The notes under the pieces are model-generated. The model was not told the origin of the DNA. It made no database searches and saw only the letters and a program-made list of their open reading frames with translations. A stretch of DNA of 64,000 nucleotides, from the NCBI RefSeq assembly GCF_006345805.1, contig NC_042998.1, forward strand, positions 155,682,001 through 155,746,000. Direction: 5' to 3'. Numbering within the stretch: position 1 is the stretch's first letter; every line of letters starts with the position of its first letter. The translations under genes and the position numbers were made by a program. Below are positions 51,691 through 64,000 of the stretch, piece after piece. The DNA comes from Octopus sinensis. Taxonomy: Eukaryota.

Positions 51691-53400
51691 TATGAGGGAA
51701 TATTATTCCAAACTTACTGGGAAAAATTCAATTTAGAAATACTAAATCAAATTTAACAAAATATAATATATATATATAAATTAGAAAAAAAACACCTTTT
51801 ATCAATTCAATATGGAAAAATTAAATTATACCATTTAGAAACATGACATATTATAGAAAGATTAAATATAAGATACAACATATAACAATGATTAAATAAT
51901 GTGAAAAATAATAAATAAAACGTATATATTTGGTAGAATAATGACATGTGTTTCATGGTTATATTTAAGAAATGATAATAGTAAAAATAATAGTAGCAGT
52001 AGTAAAATAACTTCAATATAAATATAGCCACTCTTCAGATTAAAGATAACAGCAATAATAAATAATTAATTAGATAAATTAATAAATATATGTAAATAAT
52101 CTTGTAAAATACGAAATATCTTAACAAATATATTCTTGTTTAAAAAATAAGATACAATTAATTAAAATATTTAAAACAAATATATAAATATATAAGATAC
52201 AAAATATACATTAAGTGAAAACTAAATACTATAATTTAAACTATATACATTAAATTAAATTATTGATTAATTAATTTATTCATTTAATAAACATCTAAAT
52301 AAAATCTTAGACTCATTAAGTAATTTATATTGAAAACCTTAATGTTAAGTAATATACATAATGCTAGTACAAGCATTAAAAATATGGAATTAAAAATAGG
52401 AAATGATTCAAATATAAGCACACCTATTAGATAAAATAACTATATTATTGATATATATGTAGTATCTATAGCTTTAATATTTTACTCAATAATATAGTTG
52501 ACCAAAATATCAATTAATATAAAACTAATTTACTTAAATGTAATACTACATAATGAATAGACCACCTAACTATTAAATAATCTATTGTCTTACAAAACGA
52601 ATTCTCAAATTAAATTATATGTTAAATCACACTATAAAAATAATAATACAGCATAATAAATAAATAAATAGATATACATATCATAACTAATCATTATCAA
52701 GAAATTATATACAAAATTAATATTTTAACAACAATAATAGTAACAATAATAATAATCAAACTTAATACAATTCAAAAGTTAAATAATATTGTTAAATAAA
52801 AAACTTTACTTAGCTTGTCGAGGAAAATAATATAACTGAATTTTAAACGTAAAAATGTAGGTCTTAGCGTTTATAAGAAATTAAACCCGTGAAGACGTGT
52901 AAAAAATAGAATAAAATTATCAATGAAAATGATGAAAAATATTTATTAATGAAAAAGACGAAAAATATTTAAGCTTCATGAATTAAAGGAAAATAGAATA
53001 ACAAAAGAACAATAAATGACTGTTTACTATAAATTAACTTCCAAATAATTATTACATAAAATATACATATAATATTAAATTAATTTATATTACTATAACT
53101 AATAGGTCTTAATAAAATAATATATAATCATTTATGTATTAAGAAGTATCTAAGTTTAAAATTGTTCCAATATATTAATATAACATATAATAATATAGTA
53201 AATTATACTCTAATACTATTAAATTATATCCACAAGAAATAAATAACATAAAAAGAAATAAGGTTTTCATAACTACCTAAATAGGCATAATGAATATTTA
53301 AGACATTTAGCTATTAAACTTAAAGAAATGCGAAATATGGAAGGTATCATAGTACAATCAGATAAAACCAAGAATTATCCTATGTTTATCGTCAGCATGG
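51690..53400. other. Extremely AT-rich non-coding block of unknown origin
   Basis: Almost no G/C over ~1.7 kb, no simple periodicity, no credible ORF. Confidence 0.5.
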
Positions 53401-53540
53401 GAAATTCGTTTAACCGAAACCTGGGTAGCAGATTCACGTCAGAAAACACGGTTGAAGCGACCTGTCAAGGGTAGAAACTCCGGGTTCATGTGTAGAAATT
53501 TGTGTGTTGTATATGAATAAATGATAGAATGGAGTCGAAT

Positions 53541-54462
53541 ATTAACAAAATTCCTTTACTCTCGACACATGTTTCGAAGACAGCATGTTTTCATTCCAAA
53601 GGAATAAAGGGTGCATTATGCAATCTTCTCATCAGGAAAGAAAGGGAGCCTCTCTCGACAACAAGACAAACAAAAATTTCGATGATTGCCTACATGGTAA
53701 ACAAAGCGATAATGAGTGTTTTTTAAAAAAAAACCGTTAGAAGAATTGACGTCAAAAATAGATAGTAGGAAGAGAAGGGATAAAGTAATAATAGGTAGGG
53801 AACAGTATGTTTGCTGTATGTATGGAAATGTGTGGGTGTGTTCTTGTGTTAATGAGTGCGTGTGTTTGTGTGTGTGTATGTGTGTGTGGATAACTGCATT
53901 TGTGTCTGTGTGTGTGATTGTGTGTGTGTGAGAGAGAGACAGACGTCAAAGAAAGATAGTAGGAAGAGAAGGTATAAAGGAATAATAGGTAGGGAACAAG
54001 TGGAGAGGGAAGGGTACGTTGATTGAAAGAATGTTCGAAGGCTTAGGAAAGAATTTTTCTATAGCAGTGGGGTGGACGTAAAGCTAATTGTTCAAACCAC
54101 AGTGACTATCGTTATCATACATACAGCAAACATACTGTTCCCTACCTATTTTTGACGTCAATTCTTTTAACGGTTTTTTAAAAAAAACACTTATTATCGC
54201 TTTGTTTACCATGTAGGCAATCATCGAAATTTTTGTTTGTCTTGTTGTCGAGAGAGGCCCCCTTTCTTTCCTGATGAGAAGATTGCATAATGCACCCTTT
54301 ATTCCTTTGGAATGAAAACATGCTGTCTTCGAAACATGTGTCGAGGGTACAGGAATTTTGTTAACATCTTCGACTCCATTCTTTCGCTTCCATTTCCTGA
54401 GCGCCTATTAATAATAATACTGTAATTGATCCATTGTTGTTTTTTTGTTTCCCGTTTGGATT

Positions 54463-54466
<4 letters not shown>
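53541..54466. mobile_element. PLE-end-derived fold-back element with a canonical HHR in both arms
   Basis: 53541-53760 mirrors 54147-54365; direct repeat 53749-53805 / 53942-53998; ends in (TA)n. Confidence 0.8.
54266..54347 (+). ncRNA. Type I hammerhead ribozyme, canonical core (mirror copy at 53560-53640 on -)
   Basis: CTTTC-CTGATGA-GAAGA...TCTTC-GAAAC-ATGT-GTC-GAGGG; predicted cleavage after GUC at 54342. Confidence 0.8.
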
Positions 54467-54546
<80 letters not shown>

Positions 54547-54633
54547 ATAAGGGTAGAAATTGATATTAAGCAATTAAAACCAGTGGCTTAGCATATTAAA
54601 AAAATCCAACGATCAAAAATTGTGTTACATGCA

Positions 54634-54875
54634 AAATTTAGAGGAATGACCACTAAAGTGGACATCCAATATGCTAAACATAGACGTCAAATCGCCATTA
54701 TTACAAGGAAAAATCTCAGCAAAAAATCAAAATGTATTTTCATTTGTCTTGCTTATTTTTGCATTTTGGTTTTTTGCGGAGATTTCTCTTTAGAACACAT
54801 TCTTCGGGATAATGGCGATTTGACGTCTATGTTTAACATATCGGATGTCTACTTTAGTGGTCATTCCTCTAAATG
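54634..54875. mobile_element. MITE-like element with ~65-bp TIRs
   Basis: ATTTAGAGGAATGACCACTAAAGT.GACATCC...GGATGTCTACTTTAGTGGTCATTCCTCTAAAT, located between (TA)n tracts. Confidence 0.75.
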
Positions 54876-54876
54876 T

Positions 54877-54961
<85 letters not shown>

Positions 54962-55014
54962 CAGATATATAATTTATATAATATAATACAGATATATTTA
55001 TATATATATATATA

Positions 55015-57932
55015 TATAGGAGATGTACTCGCATAGCAAGTAATTTGATCTGAGAACGTGTGCTGAAACGAAAACAATTGCAGCGTGGAAGGTGTTTATA
55101 AGCCATTTAAGAAACACACAAAAGCCGTTCGATTCACTTCAACATTTAAGTTTAATTTGTCAAAATATTTTCGTCGCTAAAATCCGCGACCTGTTCACTG
55201 ACAAAAATCCGTGCTGCATCTGAGAAAGTAACAGTTAGTTCGTCATATATATGTACGTATGTATGTGTGTATGTATGCATACATGTGTGTATGTATGTAT
55301 GTATGTATGTATGTATGTATGTATGTATGTATGTATGTATGTATGTATGTATGTATGTATGTATGTGTGTGTATATGCACGCACATACACACTATAAACA
55401 TAAAGCTATAAACCTGTAGCGATGGATAGATGTAGAGTGACCACTCATCACAATAATAGCAAATTTCAACTACCCGCCCCGCCGAAGCCTGGAAGTGATT
55501 TATGACCCTTACTCCCAAAACTATACCCTAAAACCCATTATCAGATATTTATCTCTATATCACAGAACTTTTGTTTTACTATTGTGCGTATGTATGTATG
55601 TATGTGCGTATGTATGTATGTATGTATGTATGTATGTATGTATGTATGTATGTATGTACATACGTACGCATGTGCGTATGTATGTATACGCGCACGTATG
55701 CATGTGCCCATGTATGTGTGTGCGTATGTACGTGTGTATGCCCATACGTAGGTATGTATGTATGTTTGTACTCATGTGCTACGTATGTATGTGAGTGTCT
55801 AGGAGAATGAGCAGACGTGTCTGTGAGAGTGTGTACATGTGTATGTGTATGTGAACGTATGTCCGTGTACTGGCATGTGTCCGTCCAAGTTGTGTACATG
55901 ACTGTTACTTTGTTGAAGGTTGTATACATATTCACATATATGTTTGTATAGACGCACAAACATATATATATATGTGTGGGTGTGTGTTTGTTCCTCTCAT
56001 CACCGTCTAACTGTGAATGGATACAACGCCTAAGTGCAACAGTACGTATCAAACAACGTACGCTCATACGGTTATATATAACTGCACATACGCATTGCAA
56101 CCTGTATGTAAGGACTACAAGTAAACGAGAGAGAGAGAGAGGGGTGGTTATAGAATAGTCCTTCTGAATGGGATCTGGATGTTACTCCATTCGGACTTTC
56201 GGTTGAGAGTAGGTTTGTATTCTTGTATACAAACAGCTTCTGTGACCTGTCTCAACATTGCATCGGTGGGATGTGTTGATAGGATGTTCAACTTAAGTTT
56301 CCCTAAGGATCCTTTGTGGCAGTCTACAGCATGTTGGTAGAAGATGGAGTTTGGCTTCCTTTCAATGTAGTTGTCCAGGTGTTCTTTGAACCTATCATTG
56401 ATGCTTCTAGAAGTCTCACCTATGTATGACTCTGGGTTAGTCGCGCAAGCTCCCTCCTGGCACTTAATCTGGTATACAGTGCCCTTGGTTCTTCAATTTA
56501 CATGTGGATTTGTCGAACATACTGCACAATTACTTTGACAGGTGATTCTATCAAATGGATATGATCTGCATAATGCCGATTTGATTGTCCTACCTGTCTT
56601 TTCTACAACTTTAATTTTTAGGCCCGTAGTGCGCAGGATTTTCTTGAATGCCTTACCTAGCTCGTTCTTAGGTGTGGCGTCAACGAACATTACTCCGTGA
56701 AATCTCCTGTTATCGTACCAAGTAACGTTTCTCATCCTTTTGTTGGTGTCCCTCTCTAACCTATTCCAGAACTTGTTGCGGTATAGGGGGCATATACCGT
56801 TTTCGTCGTTCCTTAGAATGCGTTCGAATCTAGCTTTCGCTCTTTTGTACATCCTGACTCTATCGTCTTGTGTGTATCCGGAGCGTTGCATTCGGAATAT
56901 GTAGTGCTGGATGTGTTGTTGTCGTTCTTGTGGTTGGCATAGTGGTGATACATTCCTCATTACTCTAATTAAGTCTGTCACTAGGATGTTGAGTTTGGCA
57001 GTATCCGACATAGCTGAGTCACTACGGATTACTAGTGGATTAGCCATCGGTTTCTGATAGTGTGAGTGGAGTATACAGGGTTTAATGGTTCCATTAACCA
57101 TAGCATCTTCCATCCATAGCTCAGTATCTAGGACGGGTAATCGTTTACTGGGGTGTTTAGAGGGTTAGTCTACACGTTCACATACACATACACATGTACA
57201 CACTCTCACAGACACGTCTGCTCATTCTCCTAGACACTCACATACATACGTAGCACATGAGTACAAACATACATACATACCTACGTATGGGCATACACAC
57301 GTACATACGCACACACATACATGGGCACATGCATACGTGCGCGTATACATACATACGCACATGCGTACGTATGTACATACACACATACATACATACATAC
57401 ATACATACATACATACATACATACATACATACATACATACATACATACATACGCACAATAGTAAAACAAAAGTTCTGTGATATAGAGATAAATATCTGAT
57501 AATAGGTTTTAGGGTATAGTTTTGGGAGTAAGGGTCATAAATCACTTCCAGGCTTCGGTGGGGGGGGGGGGGTAGTTGAAATTTGCTATTATTGTGATGA
57601 GTGGTCACTCTACATCTATCCATCGCTACAGGTTTATAGCTTTATGTTTATAGTGTGTATGTGCGCGCATATACACACACATACATATATACATACATAC
57701 ATACATGCATACATACATACATACATACACACATGTATGCATACATACACACATACATACGTACATATATATGACGAACTAACTTTCTCAGATGCAGCAC
57801 GGATTTTTGTCAGTGAACAGGTCGCGGATTTTAGCGACGAAAATATTTTGACAAATTAAACTTAAATGTTGAAGTGAATCGAACGGCTTTTGTGTTTCTT
57901 AAATGGCTTATAAACACCTTCCACGCTGCAAT

Positions 57933-57935
<3 letters not shown>
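55015..57935 (-). mobile_element. 5'-truncated Penelope-like element (RT thumb + GIY-YIG) with a ~780-bp inverted terminal repeat
   Basis: PSKHPSKRLPVLDTELW, HYQKPMANP, then (after an in-frame TGA) RTKGTVYQIKC...SYIGETSRSINDRFKEH...RQVTEAV.I...P.LN.KSEW; arms 55074-55858 / 57174-57935; (TA)n on both sides. Confidence 0.92.
57806..57855 (+). ncRNA. Hammerhead-like fold with a non-canonical core (mirror at 55156-55206 on -)
   Basis: TTTGTC-AGTGAACAG-GTCGC ggatttta GCGAC-GAAA-ATAT-TTT-GACAAA. Confidence 0.5.
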
Positions 57936-58008
<73 letters not shown>

Positions 58009-58559
58009 TAGAGAGAGAGAGAGAGAGAAAGAGAGAGAAAAGGTCACCAGGATTTTGGAAAAAATCTTTTTATTTATTGATTATTATGAGCGCTATCGTT
58101 CGTTTCTCAAACTTGTCAAATAGAATTTTATGAATTTACAAGCAGCTTGTTCATTTATATCAGGTGTTTTGTTTAGAAGAGGAGAACACTTTTTTTATTT
58201 TTGGGGGTGGGGTTCCATGACAATGGAGATAGATAGATAGAAAGATAGGTGGGTAGATAGATTGACAGATAGATAGTCAGACAGATAGATTTCCTTATTG
58301 GCCACGCAGAGCTAAACATAGAAGTAGAGCTTTTCTTTTTGGGAAGAAGAGAAGGGGAAAAAAGGAGGGGTGAATTCCGATCAAAAGGGAACGTGAAAAG
58401 AAGAAAAAAGGGGGGGGGGCGAATTCCGATCAAAAGGGAACGTGAAAAGAAAAGTGGGGCCGATCAATAGGGATCGTGTATCACAGAAATGTTAATGTAA
58501 AAGGGAAAAACAGATTAGGTTTGTCCGTGGAAAGAAAAGCCTACAGAAAAGACCACGGG

Positions 58560-60233
58560 AACCTTGGACAATAGTTTCATGCAAAAAGAAAACACATTAC
58601 AGTAAGTGGCTCTATTTTTCCTTCGTTTTTTTTTTATTCTGGTTCATAGGATTATGCTCAAGCTGGCTCCGTCATTCACACGTGTCATCCTTGCTACATT
58701 CACCTTTCTTTATTTGAAACTTTCACTAGACAAAGCTTCCCTCTCAACTCTCATCTCTAGACCTTTCAGACACGTCCAATATAATTTTCTTTCGCCATAG
58801 CCACAAGAACGATGAAAATGGCTCTTCCTTCCCGTTTCAAGGAAGGAGGCACGACAATATTTACGATAGACTCGGTTGATAAACCGACTCGTCCCACACG
58901 TGATAGCAGTCGTTTGACATAGACCCACAGGTCGGAAATTGTTGGACACTGTTACGAGTGTGTGCAGGATGGTTTCGTCGTTCTGACCACATCTCGGACA
59001 GGAGATCGTCATCGTACCTCCCCTCCACTAATCCCCTATAGAATGCTTTGGTCGACCCGGGACGGCATAGTTGCTTGAGAGCAACGCGACACTTGCGGTG
59101 CCATCCGCCCTTCCTCGGCCTCTTTTTGATCCACGACTGCAGTTCGGTCATGGAATCGAGCTGCGGGAAAGCGGCTTCACAAACGGCGACCACACCTTTT
59201 CACCGTCGTCAACGTAGAGCCGGAGATGTCACAGTCTTAGCGTGTGTCTGCGCATCATCAACCACGGCATGCCCAGCCCTCCTTTTAACGGGTGTTGGCA
59301 GCAAATGGATCGCCTGATCATCGGAACGCATCCTTTCCCAAAGAAGCGGAAGAGAATGCGTTCTAGTTTGGTGATGGTAGGGTCAGGACAAGGCACGACG
59401 ATCAGGCGGTAGCAGATTACGGACGCGATGTATGTGTTCGCCACCTCCGCCCGACAGCTTCCTCTCGGCCCATTGCCGGGAGAGAGTGACAACCCTACTC
59501 GTTATCTCGTCTAATCGGGTCCCTGAAAACCTGTCTCGATGGGAAAGACGCGTTTAGTTTCCAGTACCCGGGACCCTGCCTATGTGTCTTACCTAAGTCT
59601 AGCGTACACGTCACAAGTTTGTGATCCGTGTTGCTGACTATGTGGAATTATGGACACCCTACGCTATCTCTATCTACTGTCCTGTACAGTATCCTATCTA
59701 GAAACGATCTCGACGACCCAATGCGGTTGCTCCATGTCCACTTTGGCGCATTCAGGTGGTCGAGTCGGTACCTGTCAGACAGTTGAAAGCGTTTGAGCAG
59801 GTCTCTGAAGCATTTGCATCTCCGTCTATTCCAATCTCTACTCACGTAGTCTACATGCGTGTCCAAGGTAGCATTCCAATCCCCCACTAAAAGTAAAAGA
59901 CGAGACGTTCCTAGGAATACTTCTAGACGTCGAAAGAAATCCGGCCGACCTGTTAAAGGCGGTGCGTAGACTGATACGAGTCGAAAAGCGCAGCCATTGC
60001 TGCCGTCGACATCTAGGACGACCAGTCTACCATCCGGGTCTACGAATATTGTCTTTACTTTGATATCCAGACTCTTGCGAAAAAGTACCGCGGTACCACT
60101 ACCGTCCATTCTCGGCAGACAGGGAGAAAAATAAATGTTAAACTGTCCGCCAAATATGGACTTTAGTGCCTGTGGATTATGGAGTCTGGTCTCACTTATG
60201 GCTATGATTTCTAACTTGTGTGACTTTATGTCA
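58560..60233 (-). mobile_element. Internally deleted L1/Tx1-like LINE (APE endonuclease joined to the ORF2 C-terminus)
   Basis: IIAISETRL, GTAVLF, VSVYAPP, VGDWNA, WTWSN..SFLDRIL; then KGGLGMP and zinc knuckle CPRCGQNDETILH; RT core absent. Confidence 0.85.
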
Positions 60234-60294
60234 TTAAAAAACAGAGAATCGAGACATACAACATAAAGAATATTCCCCTTCTTCAGTTGTACCT

Positions 60295-60668
60295 AGGCAC
60301 AGGAGTGGCTGGGGGGTAGGCAGCTTGTTTATCAACGACATGGTCCCGGGTTCAGTCCCACTGCGTGACACCTTGGGCAAGTGTCTTCTACTATAGCTTC
60401 GGGCTGACCAAAGCCTTGTGAATGGATTTGGTAGACGAAACTGGAAGGAGCCCGTTGTATATGTATATATATGCATATGTATGTGTGTGTATATGTTTGT
60501 GTGTCTGTCCCCCAACATCACTTGACAACCGACGTTGGTGTGTTTACGTTCCTGTAACTTGGCGGTTTAGTAAAAAAGATCGATAGAATAAGTCCTGGGG
60601 TCAACTTACTCGACTAAAGGCGGTGCTCCAGCATGGCTGCAGTCAAATGACTGAAACAAGTAAAAGAG
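60295..60668 (+). mobile_element. tRNA-derived SINE (CORE-like)
   Basis: GGGTTCAGTCCC B box, GACACCTTGGGCAAGTG core, same body and tail as 51335-51690. Confidence 0.82.
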
Positions 60669-60715
60669 TATATATATATATATATACATACAGAGACCAA
60701 AGTGTATGTACGCTG

Positions 60716-60774
<59 letters not shown>

Positions 60775-61040
60775 AAGTTAATCCGAACAAGAAAACAAAA
60801 AAGACAACAACGCAAAGAGGTGGAACAATTAAAGTATTATTAGGCGCTCAGGAAAAACGGGAAGAAGGAGGGTATGACGTTTCGAGCGGAGCTCTTCGTC
60901 GGAAACATAAGAGAAAGAAAGATCCCGAGGTGGGAGGACAGAGGGAAAAAAACGCGAGTGGTTTTCACGAGGTAAACATACTGAGAGGCGGAAGTGGTAG
61001 ACAAGAGGGGACAGGTTTTCAAAGACAGGAGAGCGGAAAA
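60775..61040 (-). mobile_element. PLE-type 3' end with an HHR-like motif
   Basis: On -: CCGACGA-A-GAGC tcc GCTC-GAAAC-GTC (60903-60876); downstream CCTGAGCGCCTAATAATA..GGATTAA(TA)n is shared with 54395-54466. Confidence 0.6.
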
Positions 61041-62330
61041 AGAAGGAAGGTAAGACACAGTGTGTGAGATGAAGAAGGTGTACGTGTGAGTGTATGCGTG
61101 TGTGTGTATGTATGTATATGTTGGGCGACGGCTAGTGGCAAGCAGCAGTAGTAACGGTCTGCGAGATGACAGGTGTGTGTGTTTATTAGTGCGTGCGTGT
61201 TTGTGTATGTGTGTGTATGTTGGGCGAAGTCTAGTGGTCGTAGCGAGTCACAGGTCAGAAGCAAAAGGAGGAAGAAGGGGAATGTGTGCGTGCGTGTGTA
61301 CGTCCCGTGTGTGTGTTTTGTTGTAGTATGTGTGTGTACGTGTGCGTTTTTTGTGTGTATGGCGAGTAACTGTGCTTAACTGAGTGTATGTGTGGGTGTG
61401 TGTGTGTGCTTATATGTGCGTATATGTATAATTGTGTGCATGTATGTATGTGTGCGTGCGTGTGTGTGCGCATGTTTTGGTGTGCGTATGTATGTGTGTG
61501 TCAGTGCTTATATGTGTGTACGTATGTGTATGTGTGCGTGCGCGTGGAGGTATATGTTGCGTGTGTGTATGTGCCGGTGTGCATGTGAATTCGTGTGTGT
61601 TTGTACGTGTGTAAGTGTATTGTGTATATATATGTAAATGTGTGTGTGTGAGTGCGTGGGAGTGAATGTATGTATGTATGTGCGTGTGTGTACAAAAAGT
61701 AGGGGTATTATATGTGTGTTTATATGTTTATGTGTGTGTATATATATGCATGCAAGGAAACAATTCGCAACTGAAGGAATGATGGAAAAATACTCCCGCG
61801 GTGACAGGCGTAAGAGAAACCCAGAACGCGCCGGCCCCAGATACGAACCCAAGATATAGCCAGAACCCACAGGCGTGCGTGCATGCATGTATGTATGCGT
61901 GCGCGAGCGCGCGCATGCATGTGTGTGCGCGTGCATGCGAGTGTGTGTGTAAGTATGTGTGTGTGTATGTATGTGTGAGTGTGTATGTGTGTATGTCTGT
62001 GTGTCTGTGTGTATGTGTGTCCGTATGAGTGTATGTAAGTATGTGTGTGTGTATATGTGTGTGTATGGGTGTATGTATGTATCTATGTATGTGTGTGTAT
62101 GTGTGTGTGTGTATGTATGTATGTGTAGAAGTGTGTGTGTGTGCATGTGTGTGCGCGTGCATGCGAGTGTGTATGTAAGTATGTGTGTGTGTATGTATGT
62201 GTGAGTGTGTATGTGTGTATGCCTGTGTGTATGTGTGTCCGTATGAGTATGTAAGTATGTGTGTGTGTATGTGTGTATGTGTATGAGTGTATGTATGTAT
62301 GTATGTGTGTGTGTGTATGTATTTGTGGAA

Positions 62331-62362
<32 letters not shown>

Positions 62363-64000
62363 GTGTGTATGTATGTATGTGTGCATGCGTGTGCGTGTGT
62401 GCGTATGTATGTATGCGTGCATGCGTGTATGTGTGTGTATGTATGCATGTGCGTATGTATGTGTGTGTGTGTGTGCATGTGTGTAAGTATATGTGTATGT
62501 GCGTATATATGTGTGTATGTGTGTGTCTATGTATGTGTGTGTGTATGTATGTATGTGTGTAGGCGTGAGTGTATAGGTGTATGTATGTGTGTATGTATGT
62601 ATGGGTGTGTGTCTGTGTATGTTTGTGTGTGTGTGTGTATGTATGTCTGTATGAGTGAAGGTATGAATGTATGTAAGTGTGTGTGTGTACGTATGTAATG
62701 TATGTATGTATGCGTGTGTGTGTGTGTGTATGTATGCGTGTGTGTGTGTATGTATGCGTGTGCGTGTGTATGTAGGTGCGTATGTAAGTATGTGGGAGTG
62801 TAGGTGCGTGTGTGTGTATGTGTGCGTGTGCGTGTATATGTGGGTGTGTGTGTATGTGTGTGTGAGTGTATGGGTGTATGTCATGCATGTGTGTGCGCGT
62901 GCAGGCGAGTGTGTGTGTAAGTATGTGTGTGTATGTATGTGTGTGTGTGTATGTCTGTGTGTATGTGTGTCCGTATGAGAGTATGTAAGTATGTGTGTAT
63001 ATGTGTATGTGCATGGGTGTATGTATGTATGTATGTGTGTGTGTATGTATGTATGTGTGTATATGTGGAAGTGTGTGTGTGTATGTATGTGTGCATGCGT
63101 GTGTGTGTGTGTATGTATGCGTGCATGCGTGTATGTGTGTGTATGTATGCATGCATGCATGTGCGTATGTATGTGTGTGTGTGTGTGCATGTATGTAAGT
63201 ATATGTGTATGTGTGTGTATGTGTGTGTGTATGTATGTGTGTAGGCGTGTGTGTATAGGTGTATGTGTGTATGTATGTATGGGTGTGTGTCTGTGTATGT
63301 TTGTGTGTGTGTATGTATGTATGAGTGAAGGTATGAATGTATGTAAGTGTGTGTGTATGAATGTATGTAAGTGTGTGTGTGTAAGTATGTAATGTATGTA
63401 TGTATGCGTGTGTGTGTATGTATGCGTGTGCGTGTGTATGTAGGTGCGTATGTATGTATGTGGGAGTGTAGATGTGTGTGTGTGTATGTGTGCGTATGCG
63501 TGTATATGTGGGTGTGTGTGTATGTGTGTGTGAGTGTATGGGTGTGTGTCTGTGTGTATGTATGTCTTATGTATGTATGTGTGTGTATGTATGTGTGTGT
63601 ATGTGTGTATGTGTGTAGGTATGTATGTGTGTGTGTATGTATGTATATGTGTAAGTGTGTGTGCGTGTATGTATGTAGGTATGTAGGTGCGCGCACGTGC
63701 ATGCATGCATGTGTGTGTGTATGTATGTACACACACACACACGAAGCAAGCTCCCACACACAACACACAAACAACACAACGCACACATATGGAGCCGACC
63801 CGACCCCAGGTCCGTGTCGAAGCGCGCGCGCGCGGACCCCCGGACACCCACACCACGAGAACCGAAGATCCATCAACCCCTAAACCCAAAAGAAAGGGGG
63901 TGCGCCAGGATGCAAATATATGTATGTGTGCGTGCATTCGTGTAAACGTGTGCGTGTGTAGGTATGTATGTATGTATGCGTATGTGCATGCGTGTATGTG
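61040..64000. repeat. Complex (TG)n/(TATG)n microsatellite array with higher-order duplications
   Basis: Purine-pyrimidine alternating sequence with recurring blocks (e.g. GTCCGTATGAG, ATGAGTGAAGGTATGAATG, TGTGGGAGTGTAG); two non-repeat islands at ~61755-61875 and ~63742-63915. Confidence 0.9.

Noticed and set aside
53355-53400. Hammerhead at CTGACGA on the minus strand
   Set aside because: A weak stem II follows but there is no GAAA or stem III.
51690-53400. Mitochondrial insertion (NUMT)
   Set aside because: No recognisable mitochondrial tRNA, rRNA or protein motif by eye.
61508-63937. 809-aa and overlapping His/Thr/Tyr- or Cys/Val/Met-rich ORFs
   Set aside because: They are translations of (CA)/(CATA) microsatellite, which lacks stop codons; no protein-like content.

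Overview
AT-rich, microsatellite- and transposon-rich animal genomic DNA. The SINE/RTE repertoire and a mollusc-type lysozyme suggest a coleoid cephalopod such as Octopus (inference). Two convergent host genes were reconstructed by hand with GT-AG splice sites in consistent phases. (1) The last four coding exons of a SPEF1/CLAMP-like gene on + (8452-8714, 12221-12263, 13204-13306, 19812-19904). (2) A complete 142-aa secreted i-type (destabilase-like) lysozyme on - (50447-50363, 49405-49368, 43636-43525, 27888-27695) whose muramidase-site residues are altered. The rest is mostly mobile DNA: three copies of one RTE LINE family, several Penelope-like elements (PLEs) with GIY-YIG domains, a mariner, a DD37D-like Tc1/mariner relic, Helitrons, a solo LTR, an L1/Tx1-like relic and tRNA-derived SINEs. 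The most striking unexplained structure is a dense set of inverted repeats, many carrying minimal hammerhead-ribozyme (HHR) folds, some with non-canonical cores. One is a tRNA-headed, HHR-bearing short element with a PLE-style inverted 5' repeat, a candidate Penelope-mobilised SINE. All calls come from reading the sequence by eye; repeat boundaries are approximate and no database search was run.
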